64,000 nt of DNA from Psammoneis japonica (taxonomy: Eukaryota), in contig QPGO01000121.1 of assembly GCA_008632985.1 (NCBI GenBank), positions 124,001 to 188,000 of the forward strand, written 5' to 3'. The notes below the pieces were generated by a model. The model ran no database searches and was not told the origin of the DNA. It saw only the letters and a list, made by a program, of their open reading frames with translations. The translations under genes and the position numbers were made by a program. The first letter of the stretch is position 1. Each line of letters opens with the position of its first letter. This document shows positions 44,300 to 57,442 of this stretch, piece after piece.

Positions 44300-46300
44300 T
44301 GCCAGCCCATGAGGGCCTTGCGACCAATTCAGAATGGATCAGCAGTCAATCCTTTGGCAAACTGGTTGGCGAATTGTGCAGCAGAACTGACAGGCTTAAT
44401 CTTGATCTCCAAAGCCTCAACCTTGGTGCAAAGCCAGTGGTGCAGAATGCCAATGTGCTGGGTTTGTGGGGACAATTTAGGCATGCCAGCAAATTGGAGG
44501 CAAGCAGCATTGTCTTCACACACAACAGATGCTGGTGGGTTGGCAGTGTTGATCGGTGAGGCATCTGTGCCATTGCTGGCTTGTGGGAAGGCTTGGAGTG
44601 GGCAATTGCCTTGTTGCAAGTGTCTGGTTGTGCAAAGACATGTGTGTTGGTTTCCTCCAAGATCTTGCAAAGGGGGATGAGATTGCGCATTGCTTGGGAA
44701 AGTGCGACATGCTTGGCTTCCATTGCAGAAAGTGCTGCCAGGGTCCGCAGCTTGGACACCCAGATGATGGGACATCCCCCACACAATGAATGACACAACC
44801 AGTGTGTGACTTGACAGAAGTGGGGTTTTGTCTGTCTTCAATGCTGAAGAGTCCCGCAAAATCAGCACCAACAAGACAATCAAGCCGATGATCTGTGGTG
44901 GGTGCAAGGATGAGACCCTTGTCAGTGGCACCCTTCAAACCCCAAGGAATGCACTTGACAGCAACAGCATGGGAGGCCTTGGGAGCAAAGGAGAACCAAG
45001 CAACTTGGTGGGCAGTGCAGGCAATGTCCCGGCAGCTGTCAGATGCTGGATGCATCAAAACATGCCAACCATGGAGTGACAGTTGCAAGGTTCATCAAAC
45101 AGTGGGCCTTCAGAATCACTGCCAACAGGTGCAGGAAGTGCAGGAGCAAGAGCTTCATTGCAGCTTTCCATCTTGGCAGTGCACAGCACTTTCTTGATTG
45201 GGCCTGGCCAGGTCAGCAGGAATTGGCCATCCTCAAGTTTCTGGATCTTGATGCCCAAAAAGTTGCCGACTCTGCCTTCATCACGCAGGTCAAAGACATG
45301 GCATTGTTCATCATTGGAGATGCCCAATTTAGCAATCTCAGCTTCAAGTTTTTCAGAGGATGCTCCGGCAAACACAGTGTCATCAACATGTGCCACGCAC
45401 AACACACCCTTTTTAAAACAAAGACAAGGGTCAATGGCAGACTCAATCTATCCTCGTTCAATCAGTCCATTGCGCAGCTTTTGATGGAAGCACTTGGGAG
45501 ACTGGCAGAGTCCACATGGGCCTTTCAACAATTTCAGTGCCAAATCTGTGCACCTGATTTCAGCTGAAAACCTTCAGGAGGCTCCACACAGACTTTCTCC
45601 TTAATGTCAGCTTGGCAAAATGTGGCAGTGTGGTCAACTTGACCAGTGGTCCAACCTTCTTTGAGTGCAAATTGATGACCATTGCATGACCGGTGCATGG
45701 AACTAAAAAAAATCAACACCTTGTTTCTGCAAATCACCAGAAACACAATGCTGGGCTTTGTGCTTCAAGGGTGCACCACCAGGGAGTCTTTTAAGCTTGA
45801 CAGCTCATGCACCAGGTGGCACATTCACATTGTTGGTCAAAGGTGCCATTTCCCATGCACAATGGTGGAGAAGCACATTTGTCTTGATTTTCATGGCCTT
45901 GACCCATTTGTCGGCCTTGTGACTGCACATGGCTTCATGCAGGGATGGCACATCAGCGTTCTTGTGTTTCTTTGTAGTTGCGTGAACCCTGGGATCATCA
46001 ATGTTGCAGGTCTGTGAATCAACACAGGCATCCAGAGTGGCAAGATGGGACAACTGTGCTGCAGTTCCATGCAACTTGTCTTTTGGGTCTGCTGGAGCAA
46101 AGAAAACTTCATCCACGAACCTTTTGGACAGCAGCTGACCCTTGTTTGATCAACTTGAATGGTGCAGTGGAGGAGCTCCCTCTGGAGAAGTGGTGGGAGG
46201 AGGCTCCAGTGTCGTTGGTGTCATCGAAGGAACAGGTTCAGGTGGAGTCACGGCAGGTGGTGGCTGACCTTTGACTCTGGTGGCAGTTCCACAGAAGTGG
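44300..46300 (-). mobile_element. Ty1/Copia pol relic (RT-RNase H)
   Basis: QVDHTATFCQADI..VCVEPPEGF, CVAHVDD (YVDD), CRDIACTAHQ, DFAGLF, ALSAMEAKHVALSQ, ANQFAKGL. Confidence 0.88.
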
Positions 46301-46592
46301 GCAGGACTGGAGGGTCATTGGGTGCACCAGGAACTTCAACGCAGCTCAAGCTGGCTCCCTCTGTTTGTGTTGCAGTCCATCCGGGGTTAGCCAATCATCA
46401 TCTAAATGGACATCTTGACCTTTCTCAAGGGGCATCTGCCCTTTCCTGCACTCTCTCTCTCTCTCAAACAAATGAATGAACAAACAAAATCAGTGAAGCC
46501 AATTTTCCATCAAATTTAACTGACAAGAATGCAAGCAGCTGAGGCAGACGCTGCCAGCTTGGATGTTTGTCCAACTGTTCAACAAATGGCAG

Positions 46593-46593
<1 letters not shown>

Positions 46594-46668
<75 letters not shown>

Positions 46669-46680
46669 CTCTCTCTCTCT
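46594..46680. repeat. (CA)n-(CT)n compound microsatellite
   Basis: Read directly from the sequence. Confidence 0.95.
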
Positions 46681-46799
46681 TGAATGAACAAATGAGCAAT
46701 CTCTCTCTCTCCCCACTCTCATGTGGCAGCCCTCTTGCCAGAGCTCCTTGTCCAGCTCAAGGACAAATGCAACCTGATGCTGCCCCATTCTAGGGTGAT

Positions 46800-49700
46800 T
46801 TCTAAATCTGGGGATGGCATCAAAAACCATGTCCAGGTGGCAAACTTGCTTGGTGTGTCCCCTTTTGGGACTCACCATGAGATGTGACTCACAATTTGCT
46901 GGAGCTTCAGTCATCAGCAGTGCTCACATCTGTTGTGTGTTTGTCCTCCCAAGCAAAGTGCACAATCACTGCAGCTTGTGCTTCACAAGTCCTGTGATGT
47001 GCAACTGCACTGTGCTTCTTCTTCTTCAATGTGAACTCTGGTCTGGTTGAGTTCTTGAAGACAACTTTGTTGTTGCAAAAGTCACCAGTGGTTCACCCTG
47101 CCAGGGAAATTCCCAGCATCTGAAGCTTGCAACACAAGGCTTCAATTTGCTCCATGGTGGTCTTCATCACCATGAACTCTGACCCAAAAGTGGATGACTC
47201 TGGGTTCTGCTGCTTGGAGAGCAGCACAAGATGGGTGCTTGCTGGTTGAGCAACAGGATCTCAGCAGTGTGTGACCTGTGCATCACACAGCATCCAGCAC
47301 AATCAGCGCCAACAAAGCAGGCAGCAGTCATGCCATTCCTGCATGCCTCTGGCACATTTGGCAGCATTGGTTCAGCAACACCATGGCAACATCCCCTCCA
47401 ACCACACTCAGCAAACCAACTCTCATCAAAGACAGACTCAGGTGTTGTCAAACACAAATTTGGACTTTGAGTGGGCCCTCCAGTGTGCAAAGATGTGGAG
47501 CACCTCATCCAGCTGTCCCGCTCATGGTGCTGCAAGGCAGGAGAACATGAGCAAGATGGCAACAAAGAACATGTCACTCAACTGCCCATTGGAGCACCCC
47601 GACAAGGCTTTGGCAACAATTTGCCATTTTGTCATTCAACCTCACTGAACTGTTCAGCTCTGGTCTGTGTCCTGAGGTTGACACCTTCATTGGAAGGTGC
47701 TTGTCAGTCTCCCCAAGTTTTAGCTCAACATCTGCCAATGCCCTTTTGACATGCAAGTCAGAGGACATGGCCCAGTGGGTCTTGCCATCCTCATTGGACA
47801 ACTGGCATTTTCTAATTTGTGCTCCTGGGCACTCTTCCAGTTCACGGACACTTCTGTCCTTCAATGTGTGCACCCTCCTCAGCTCATGAAGCCCACAACT
47901 TTCTGAGGGTCATGGGAGATGCATGGCAAGTTGTGCACACATGCAAGTGTGTGTTCCCAGTGCTTGAAGCTATCAGGCTCAACTGCTGGTTGCATCCAGA
48001 CATCCAGATTGGCTTTGCATGACATGAATCTGGCAGTGTCACACAGAATTGCTGCCACATGCTCTCTGAATTGCTCACCTGATGACTTGAGACCACACAA
48101 GGCTTGGACAAAAATTGCCAGCCTTCCTTCATTCTGCTTGGTGCTGAGCTCCAGAGCCAAGCAGCAGCGTGACACTTTTCCTTGGTCTGTGCATTCAAAT
48201 GGGCATTCTGAACATCCACACTCAAGACTCCAATGGTGCAAGCCATTCTCACATGCCATTGCATGACACACCACCAGAGTGGGTCAACTCTTTTCTTTGA
48301 TCAATTGTTGTCACCCATTGTCAGCCTTTGCGGCACCATGAGCATCACTTTGGTGATCAACCATTTTCCTTGTGATCTGGCACACATTGCCTTCAGAGTC
48401 AATCTGGGTGAAAAGATTCTCTGCCACTGCATTGGCAGTGTAAGAAAAAATCCAGGGATCCATCTGGGAACTCCACATCACATGTTCTGGAGTCCAGCCA
48501 GGACTGGGTTGTTGTTCCAGTGCCCACAGGAACACCATTGCTTTTGCATTCACGAGTCACCAGCAATGACTCTTGCATGAGTCAGCTTGCCTCCTTGTGG
48601 CAGCATGACTTGAGTGGTGAGATGCTTGTCTGGCCCCTCCAGGTGTGTGCTGGTTGGCTTCCTTGGCTGCTGCAACCAGAGTCCAGTTCCACAGGCTCCA
48701 GGTTGTTGTCCCAATTGCTGTCCATCAGATCATCTGGAGCACCAGAGAACTCAACCTTTGCATTCCCTTTTGGGTTGCCTGGTTGCTTGATCAAAGCTTG
48801 ATTGACAGAGGCTGAGTTCACCTGAACAGCTGGAGCAATGAGATCATCATCTAGCATGGCCCACAATCTTTCCAAATGACAGGCCTGCCAGATTCAGGCA
48901 GCATGACAAATGCCATTTGTCTGTGAAATTGTCAGCAACTCCAAACCAATGACCTGTGCACTTCTTTTCATGCAGGAAATCCTCCACATGCTTGCAGCAG
49001 CCCACAGGTTGGTGCCAAACAAAGAGGAAGAAAGTTGAGATGTCAGTGGTGGAAACTGAGATCTGCTCCTTTGGCACCCATCCTCTCATGTCAGATGTGT
49101 TGGAAGCTGTGAAATGCTGAATGGCCCATGTCCATTGGGCACAGTGGGACCACAAGCATTGTGGCAGTCATGGATGCCTTGGCTGGGTGCTGCCAGGGGC
49201 TGCATGGCACAAACACCTCTTCTTGATGTGTCCTGCATTCCTTTCAAATGTCCTTGGTCTGGCCTTCTGCCATTTCCAGTGTGCCATCTGACACAGAGGT
49301 TTGAGGAACACTGGTGCAGTGGACAAACAACATCATGACAGCATCAGAATGATCCTGTTTCCTTTTGCAAAGATGGAACCTGTTGCACCCTCTTCTGTTG
49401 GCAAAGATGCCACTCCCCAGCATCTCACCATGCATCAATTTGATCTTCAAAAACATCTGGTCAGAGCAAAAGTGTCCCCCCCTTTTGACAAATTGAGCCA
49501 TGAGAGGCTTTCTTCCAAACCTTCCATTGAGATGGAGCACAAACATTGCAGACCCCAGCCTGGGTTGTTGCTTTAAGTGCATTTTTGGCATCCGTCAGGC
49601 CAATGTTCCATCTCTTGGATGGCATCCAGGGCATGACAGTTGATGCATGACCTGAGGTCAGCAGCACACATCTGCACTTCCACCACTTGTTGCAATCTGG

Positions 49701-51950
49701 GTGGACATCATTGTCACACCCTTCATGCAGCCCATCTCCCCAAATGTTGTCATGGAATGCATTGACCTGGGTTGTCAAGTGGTGATGCAGAGCATCGCTG
49801 TCATCAGATTCCATGCTAACATGCTTTTGCTGTGATGCAAGCACTGGTGTGCAAGTGAGCAGAAGGGGTGCACCTGCTCATGTTTGTCAGTGTTGCCAGT
49901 TCATGAGTCAGAAAATTGGCTGACATTTGGTTGCACACTGGCACATGGCAGCCCCTCAGCAAGAGGCTTCCATTTTGTTGGAGTTGTCAGTTTCAGGCAT
50001 GGAAGATTGTCCAAGTCATTTTGGCTTGGCTTGTGTGAGTTGAAGACCAGTGCAATGCCTGCAGACATGAAGGAATCCCAACCTTCAAGTCAGGGAAAGT
50101 GATGGAATGGGTGCTGCCCTTGTCAAAGTGTCAAGGAGTGTTGTGGACAGTCAATCCATTTGCTTGCAGTTGATGTGTTTGTTGTTTGGTCTCTGAAAAA
50201 CATGGCCTCATGGACTGGCAGTGAGTGTGGTTGGCCGTCATCCAGCACAACCCACACAGCAGCAGCCATGCAAATGGGTGTGTCATTGACATGCTCATGC
50301 TCTTCAGAGCAGCCATGAGTGTGCCATCACAGTGCAGTTGTTGCTGGAGCACATGACAAAATTAGACCCCGCAGAACAAGTGTCAGCGTGCAAGTCCAAG
50401 TTGTTTGTTGCAATGGCATCAAGCTTTTCAGCTAATGCCAGTGATCAACGCATGTCTTTTGGAATTCACCTGGACAAATGTGGAGTGCCAGCAGGTGCAG
50501 GAATGTTCAATCCTGTGCCATTTGGTGCTGATGCAACTGTTCATTTCTCTTTCCAGGGTTTTTTGTGGGTGCCTCATCCAAATTGACCACCTGCATTGGC
50601 AGCAGGCTCCTTGTCTGACTCACTCAAGTCCTTTGGTTCCTCATCAGGCTTGGATTCAAGTTCATCCATCTTTGGGTCAGCAGGGGAACCTTCTTGGCAG
50701 AACAAGTTTCCTCTTCCTTCATTTCTTCTGAAGAGATGGAGCTGACCCTTGCACTTGTGGTCAGCCTTGCACACCTCATGCAGCTTCTTGTTCTGTTCCT
50801 GTTCTTTGCCACTGAGAGCTTTCTGCTTGTCTGCAGGACCTTCTCCTTCTTGGTGCTGTGCTTGTTGCCACCTTGCTCTTCTGCATTGGTTGCTCTCATG
50901 CTGACCAATGTGGGTGATGACGCAGTTGTTGGCATCACAGTTTTTGGTGTTTTCAACCAGAGTTTTGATGTGCAGCTGGCAAGCCTCAAAATCCACAAAC
51001 TTGGTGGGGTCTCCATCCACAACCACACTCTTCCCAGTCTCCAACCTTGGGTCAGAGACACCTTTGAGAAAGTCAGAGACCTTGGTCTTGCCCACCAGCT
51101 TGTCCAACTCCAGTGAGCTATCACGAGCCTTCTGACAGCACTGAGTGCACTGGTTGACAGCAAAACAACCCCGTCTGGTGTGCTTTGCAGCAGCAATCTG
51201 TGCATGCATGTGGTTCTTGCAGGTTGTGGCAGCAACCAACCATCCCTTTAGCCTGCCTCTTCAAGGCAAAGAATGTGCCAAAACCATCCCTGGTGTTGTT
51301 CAATGGCTCAGCAAATGCCCATCTGGGCCCATCTGTCACCAGCTTCTTGAGCATGTCATGGAGATGCTCACGATCCTGCAAGTGCCAAGCCCCTTCCAGT
51401 CATTTAGCAGTGATCAAGTTCTTGTTGATGGTGGCACAGTCATGGACCAGCATCTCTGGTCACTGCTTCATGTTCCCCAACAAAGTGGGCAAGCAGCAAG
51501 CAGGGCCCCCCCGCGCAGTTGCGCTGCAAGATGGTGTCTCCAATGACTCTTGAAAGGCAGGCCAATTTGGAGGTGCTGCTTGTGCTCAATGGCACTGCTT
51601 GAGTTGTCATCTTTACCTGCCATCTTGAGTTGCTCCAGTTCAGCAAGTTGTGCCGTCCACTTGGCAACAATGTTGTTTCCAGCAGAAGAAGCAGACACAG
51701 GAGCTTGGTCTCACACCCTTCTGTGGTCTGCCACATGTTGTCCAATGCAGCACTGTTCTGGTCCTCAGGAGCATTTGGCTCATGTTCATAAATGCAGATG
51801 CACACAAAGAACTTGGCAATTGTGTGAGTGACCATGGGACCAACACGGCGCTCACCCCACAAATTGATCAATTGCAATGATGCTGTTGCACCATTCATGA
51901 TGCCCATTCCAGGCGCATGAACATCACATTGCAGTGGCTCTGACGAAGTG
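46800..51950 (-). mobile_element. Ty1/Copia relic (gag-PR-IN-RT-RH), second lineage
   Basis: gag LHDMLKKLVTDGPRWAF..RDG; IN FCSDQMF; RT DVQNAHLNA, QALCGLKSSG, ANCCQSLVGVLQWAVE; RH FVGADCAG..RSHT. Confidence 0.85.
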
Positions 51951-51956
51951 AACAAA

Positions 51957-52325
51957 TGTTGGAACAAGTTGGAAGATGGGGAATTTGAGGAACCTGGGTG
52001 TGTTGATTGAAGGAAAGATGTTGTTGCTCTCTGTGTGCAGAAGACACAACAACCCATTGAGAGCAAAAACACACCACCACCAATCTCTCCCATCTGTTGT
52101 GTTTGCATCACTCTTTAGAGTGAATCATTTGGTTTGTCAAGAATGTGCAATCTTGCATCGCATTGACATCACTGGGGGGCACCTGTTGCATTGTGAGTTT
52201 GAAGTTTGCACAGACAACTTTGCAAGCAACCCACAGCTGCACAAGTGGCCAAGGCCAGTGGTGTGACAAGAGCACTGGAAGCCTGTGGGATTCTGGTTTT
52301 GTGCCATTAACTTGCTGGTTCAACA
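51957..52325 (+). repeat. 5' LTR
   Basis: tgttggaac...gttcaaca; collinear with 56701-57087. Confidence 0.85.
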
Positions 52326-55300
52326 TTCACTCAAAAGAATCAACAGCACAATTGTGTTGGTGTGTTGGGATGCTTTGCAGCCTGCGGTTGACTGACTGCT
52401 GAGCACCTGCACAATGAGCAGCAAAGGAAACATCAGAAGTGACAACCAAGGCCAAGGACATGGCCAAGGAAAGGGTGACAAGAGTCACAGGTCCTCTCAA
52501 GCAAAGAAGAAGACCACAACTGAGAAATCCCTGCAATGAAGGTTCATCCTTTGTTGCTGAACAGCAACTCTTGGAATGCAACATGTGAAGATGTCAAGGA
52601 AAAGATCACAAGTGCACACAAGGCACACATCTGGCAAGGTCCATTGAAGATGTGGCACACAAGAACTTCAGCAAAAACAAGCCAAAAGTGGGGATGGCAA
52701 CAACAGCAGTGCCAGAAGCTGACAAATCAGACTGCCAGGAAAAGTTGCTGCAGAGACAACAAGAGGAAAAGGAACTGGAGTTCCAGCACAAGGCGCAAAG
52801 TTTCACAAATGCAGTGACAAAGTGAGGCAGTTCAAAGAGATTAAGACTGTGGCTTTTGTCAAGATGCCAAATGACTTCCACACCAAGTGAATGAAGCAGA
52901 GACTGCAGCCAAGCCAGCGCCACTTGTTGTGCCATGATCAGAGTGGAAAATCCAATCAAGCCATTGAAGCTGATCCAGTCACTTGCTTTTGACTCCATGA
53001 GAGGTCGACACCCATTTCACACCCTTGCCAGAGCAATTTTGTGAAACAACAAGAACAACAGTCATTGAGTGACTGTTTGTTTCAGATTCACCAAAAATCA
53101 ACAAGAGATGCTGCAAGTGAGAGTCTTGGCAATGAGATGCTGGACAAGGTTGTCAAGAATGTCAGGAAGCACAAGAACAGTGCTTGAAGGAAGAAGCAAG
53201 GGGAAATGACGCAACAGCATTTAAGACATGGACAATGCACCTGCTTGTGGAAAAAACAGTGACAACAACTCACACAAGAGCTCAGAGAAGAGCTTCATCA
53301 GAAATTGCAGCCTGGGAAAGGACAACAAAGACATGGGCATGGATGAGATCATCCTTGACAATGGTTTGACCCTCAGCATGGCAGCTGACTGGAGGTCAGT
53401 GCACAATGTGTGACCAGCAAAGGTCAAGATGGACCTGTCCATGAGTGCGGGGGCAGACACTTTAGATGTGGACTGCATCATGCCTGGATGGAGAGACATG
53501 AAGCTGGGGCTGCAAAATGTGACAGCAAATGTTTTCAGTTTGAAGGACATGAAGAGCAAACACCACATCATTGCATGTGATGACCAAGTGGTGGACAAGT
53601 TCTGGCTGCTGGACAAGAAGATTGGCGAAAAAGTTGCAGTGTTTAAAGCCAACAACATCAAAATGTGTGCCTTCACACCAAGCCAGAAGTTCTTTGACAA
53701 TGCAAAAGATCTCCAAGAAAGCAAGTCACATGTGAACATGCTGTCAAAGACAAAGACGAAGCTCAGAAAGAAAAGCAGCAAGAAGCACAGGAATGCATCC
53801 AGAATTGCAGTTCTCTAATGGTGGATCAGAGCTCTGCAGGCTGCACCAAGAGGGAGGTGACAAATGCCAAGCAAGTGCTCAGGCTGTGTTGTGAGGCTGG
53901 AAACTCCAGTGTGAGTCATTTCAAGCCATCAAACCAGGTGAAGAATCTGTGCATCACACCTGAGAACGTGGACAGAATGGCAGACATTTGGGGACCACCT
54001 GTTGACACACTAAAAGGAAAGACAAAATGCCCCATCAACCCTGCAAGAGGAACAATGTTGTTGCAATTCCACCTGAGAAACAAAGAGAGAAGGTCTGATC
54101 ATCTGCATTGACATTGTGGAAGTGTGCAGTGTGAAGATCCTGCACGCAATCAGCAACACAATCAAGTGTTGATCAAGTGCAAGACTGTGATCCAAGAAAC
54201 ATGCTGGCTTGTGCAATGGGTTGGACATGATGCTGCACCAATGCAACATGGCTTCACTCAAGATTGACTTTGTCTGGTGCAATCCTGAGTTCAAGGACAT
54301 GCCAGAAGAAGTGGCACAAATCTCAATCTGCTGTCTGCAAATGCCAGTGACCACTTTCCTGAAGTTGAGTGAAGTGTTGAGACCATTGAGAAGCAAACAC
54401 AAGCCACAGTGCACTGAATGCCATGCAAGACAAAGCAATGCCCAAGCTGAAGTGCAAGCATGCCATGATCAAGAGTGCCATGATGGCAAACATGCACCCA
54501 CAAAAGAAAGGCATGTCCAATGTGCAAAGTCCACACTCTGTTGTGCAAAGAAGAAACCTTGATTGTGACAAGCACTTTGTACATGGCTTTGGTGCATTTG
54601 TCCTGTCCCATGTTTAAAACAACCCAACAAACACAATGGATGTGTGTGGTGTTGACAGCACATGCCTCCAATCATGTCTTTGTGTTCCCAAGGGCAGCCA
54701 CCACACAATGAACCTGCTCATGGGGAAACTTCTGAACCCCTGCAAGTGTGCTGCTGCACCACTGACCAACACGCATGCAAAGGCAGCCAGTCAAGAAGAT
54801 GGCCTCTTCACAAGGCATCAAAGACTTTGAACTTGCAAGAAAATGCAGAGACAACCTAAATGTTGTTGGGCTGCAGGAGTGCACAATGGACAACAAAAAT
54901 GACAAAAATGAAGAAAACAAAAACAACAAAAATGACAGCAACAGCAAAGATGAAAGCAGCAGTGAACACACAAGTGAGTGCAAAGATGGCAACTGCATGA
55001 CCAAATCAGAAGACAACAAAGATGGTGAAGAAGAGCCTGACCCAGAAGATGAATGTAAAGAAGCAGACAAAATGCTGTCAGGTGAAAGGTCCAGCCCCAA
55101 TCATCAACACAAGGACCATGACAATGAAGCACAACAAGACTCTGTGAACAGTCCGATGAAGACCCAAAAATGGACAATCTGTTCACTGAAGACAAGAGCA
55201 GAGAACAAAAGCTGCCAGATGAGGTGAATGAACTGCCAGGTGCAGAGTGACCAGGAGCAGTGTAAGATTTGGTGCACCCCATGACATGAAGTCACACAGA

Positions 55301-56700
55301 CACAGAGAAAAGAAAGTTTGATTTGCAGGAGTGACAGATGAAGCAACAGAAAAGGATCACAGAAAGCTTGAGCACTGCCATCACTTAAGAACCCATGTGA
55401 CTCCAAATCCAGAGGACAACGTTGAATGCAACACAGATGCAGGAATGGCACTGGTGCAATTCATGTGTGAGATCAATGACCAACGCCAATCAGGAAAGGG
55501 CATTTTCTTTGCCCAACAGTGCCTGCTGCACAAAGGCCCAAAAGCATTTGGCCAGAGAGGACATGAAGCCTCAGAGAGAAGGAAATAAAACAGCTGCATG
55601 ATGGTGTGCATTTTGCATCAGCCAATCTCAGTGAAAAACATGTCTCTGACTGAAAGGAAGAAGGCCATGATTGCCCCGATGTTCCTGGTGGGGAGGCAAG
55701 ATGGTCACATGAAATTTCAAATGGTTTGCAATGGAAAACCAGCTGGGGCATGGCTGGACAAGGATGATTTGACTGGCCCAACTGCACTGCTGGAAGGAAC
55801 ATTGATGACAGCTGTCATCAATGAAATGTGGAAGAGTGCAACATGACAAGCGGCTGATGTGCTGAGTGCATTTGTGCTGACATGGATTCTCCAAAAGAAG
55901 GCAGAGACCGCCACATCACAATGAAGATTGCAGGAGTGTTGGTTGACATGCCGGTGGTCATCAATTCCAATCCATGTGGACCACACATGGTCATGGAAAA
56001 GTGGAAGAGAGTCCTCTGCATCCAAGTCATTGTGAAGCAACACACAGAATGTTGACCACAGCTGCTTTGCTGTGGCACAAGCAATTCCGCAAAGACTTGG
56101 AGAAGATTGGGTTTGAGCTCAACTTGTGCAATCCATGTGTTGCCAATTGGCTGGTCAATGGCAAGCAGCGCACCATGAGTTTTCATGTGGATGACCTGTT
56201 GTTGAGCCACAAGAGCCTCAAAGACAATGACAAAATTTTGAGCTGGCCAAACAAGATGTGTGGAAGCCATGGTGAGGTTGTTGCACAATTTTTTAGTGTG
56301 AGGTTGTTGAAGCAAAGCCCAGACAAAAGCACAGCTGCCAGCATGAAATGGAATTTTGTCACCTGTTTCCTTGGAGGATCAGTGAGTGGGCAATGGACAC
56401 AATCAATGAGGCGGGTCTGCACATTTGGGAAACAGGAGAAATGGCTCGTTGCGCTTGTGTGAAGAGTTTTGTTGATCAAGTGGAAAGGATGACAAGTGAA
56501 TTTGATGAGCTCCTTGACTTTGATTGTTGTTGTCATGCAACACACAGAGAGTGCAATCTGTCACACTGCAGTGTTGATGAGGCTGAGGCACTTGGCAAAT
56601 TGGCAAAGAGCACACACCGAAGGTGGAAATGCCAAGCCTGAGTGTGGACATGAAGCCGAAGAACACTTGTGGATCAGCGATGCAAGTGGCAGGAGGAGTG

Positions 56701-57087
56701 TGTTGGAATGAGTTGGAAGATGGTGAATTTGAGGAAACCAGGTGGGTTGAAGGAAAGATGTTGTTGCTCCTGACATGGAAGTGAGATGCTGCGGTCACGA
56801 CTTGTTGAGAGCAAAAAACATGCTGCCAGCACCGCCGATCTCTCTTGTCTGTTTTGTTTGTCTCACTCTTTGGAGTGAATCATTTTGTTTGTCAAGAACA
56901 AACAATTGCACTGCATTGTTGTCACCAGGCACCTCTTGCATTGCAAGTTTGAAGTTTGCGCAGACAACTTCTTCGTTGCAGGCAACCCACAGGAGCCACA
57001 CACAAGCTGCAGCCAAGGCGGGCACAACGAGAGCACAGGAAGCCTCACAGGATGCCCATTTGGTGCCATTGGCTTGCCAGTTCAACA
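56701..57087 (+). repeat. 3' LTR
   Basis: tgttggaat...gttcaaca; preceded by a polypurine tract. Confidence 0.85.
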
Positions 57088-57442
57088 ATGAATGCTACCG
57101 AGATAGCTGAGAATTGGCAAAGACAAGACCAAGTGTTGAACAGCATCAACAGGTGCCACCAGGTAGCTAGAGAAAAACTGCATCGGCGACAGTGGACTAA
57201 ACGGCAACGGTAAATTACTGTATAAATATTTGTGACAGTACAGCTTTACGGATCTGAATATATCTATACCATGTTTTGATTTGTATTTATTTGTGTCAGT
57301 GTCAAATACTCTAGGTTGTCTGTTGTTTGTTCTTTCGTCGCCACTTTTTCAGTTACATAAAGGACAACATTCAACATTCTTTTAGGAAAGCTGCACTCAA
57401 CCGTGCGGAAGAAGGAACAGAGAAAGTTTGTTCACACCAGCG

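Larger units (their letters stand above)
51957..57087 (+). mobile_element. Ty1/Copia relic with both LTRs (about 5.1 kb)
   Basis: PR-like IILDNGLTLS; RT LLWHKQFRKDLEKIGF..CNPCVAN..FHVDDL; purine tract aggaggagtg before the 3' LTR; LTRs start TGTT and end AACA. Confidence 0.85.

Noticed and set aside
46594..46664. (CA)n as a converted (TA)n tract
   Set aside because: Both-strand conversion should give a mix of CA and TG; a pure CA run is more simply an ordinary microsatellite.
38000..57100. Many Cys/His/Gln-rich ORFs as novel small proteins or a variant genetic code
   Set aside because: Loss of TA removes TAA/TAG stops and Tyr codons, which creates spurious ORFs; flanking genes use the standard code.
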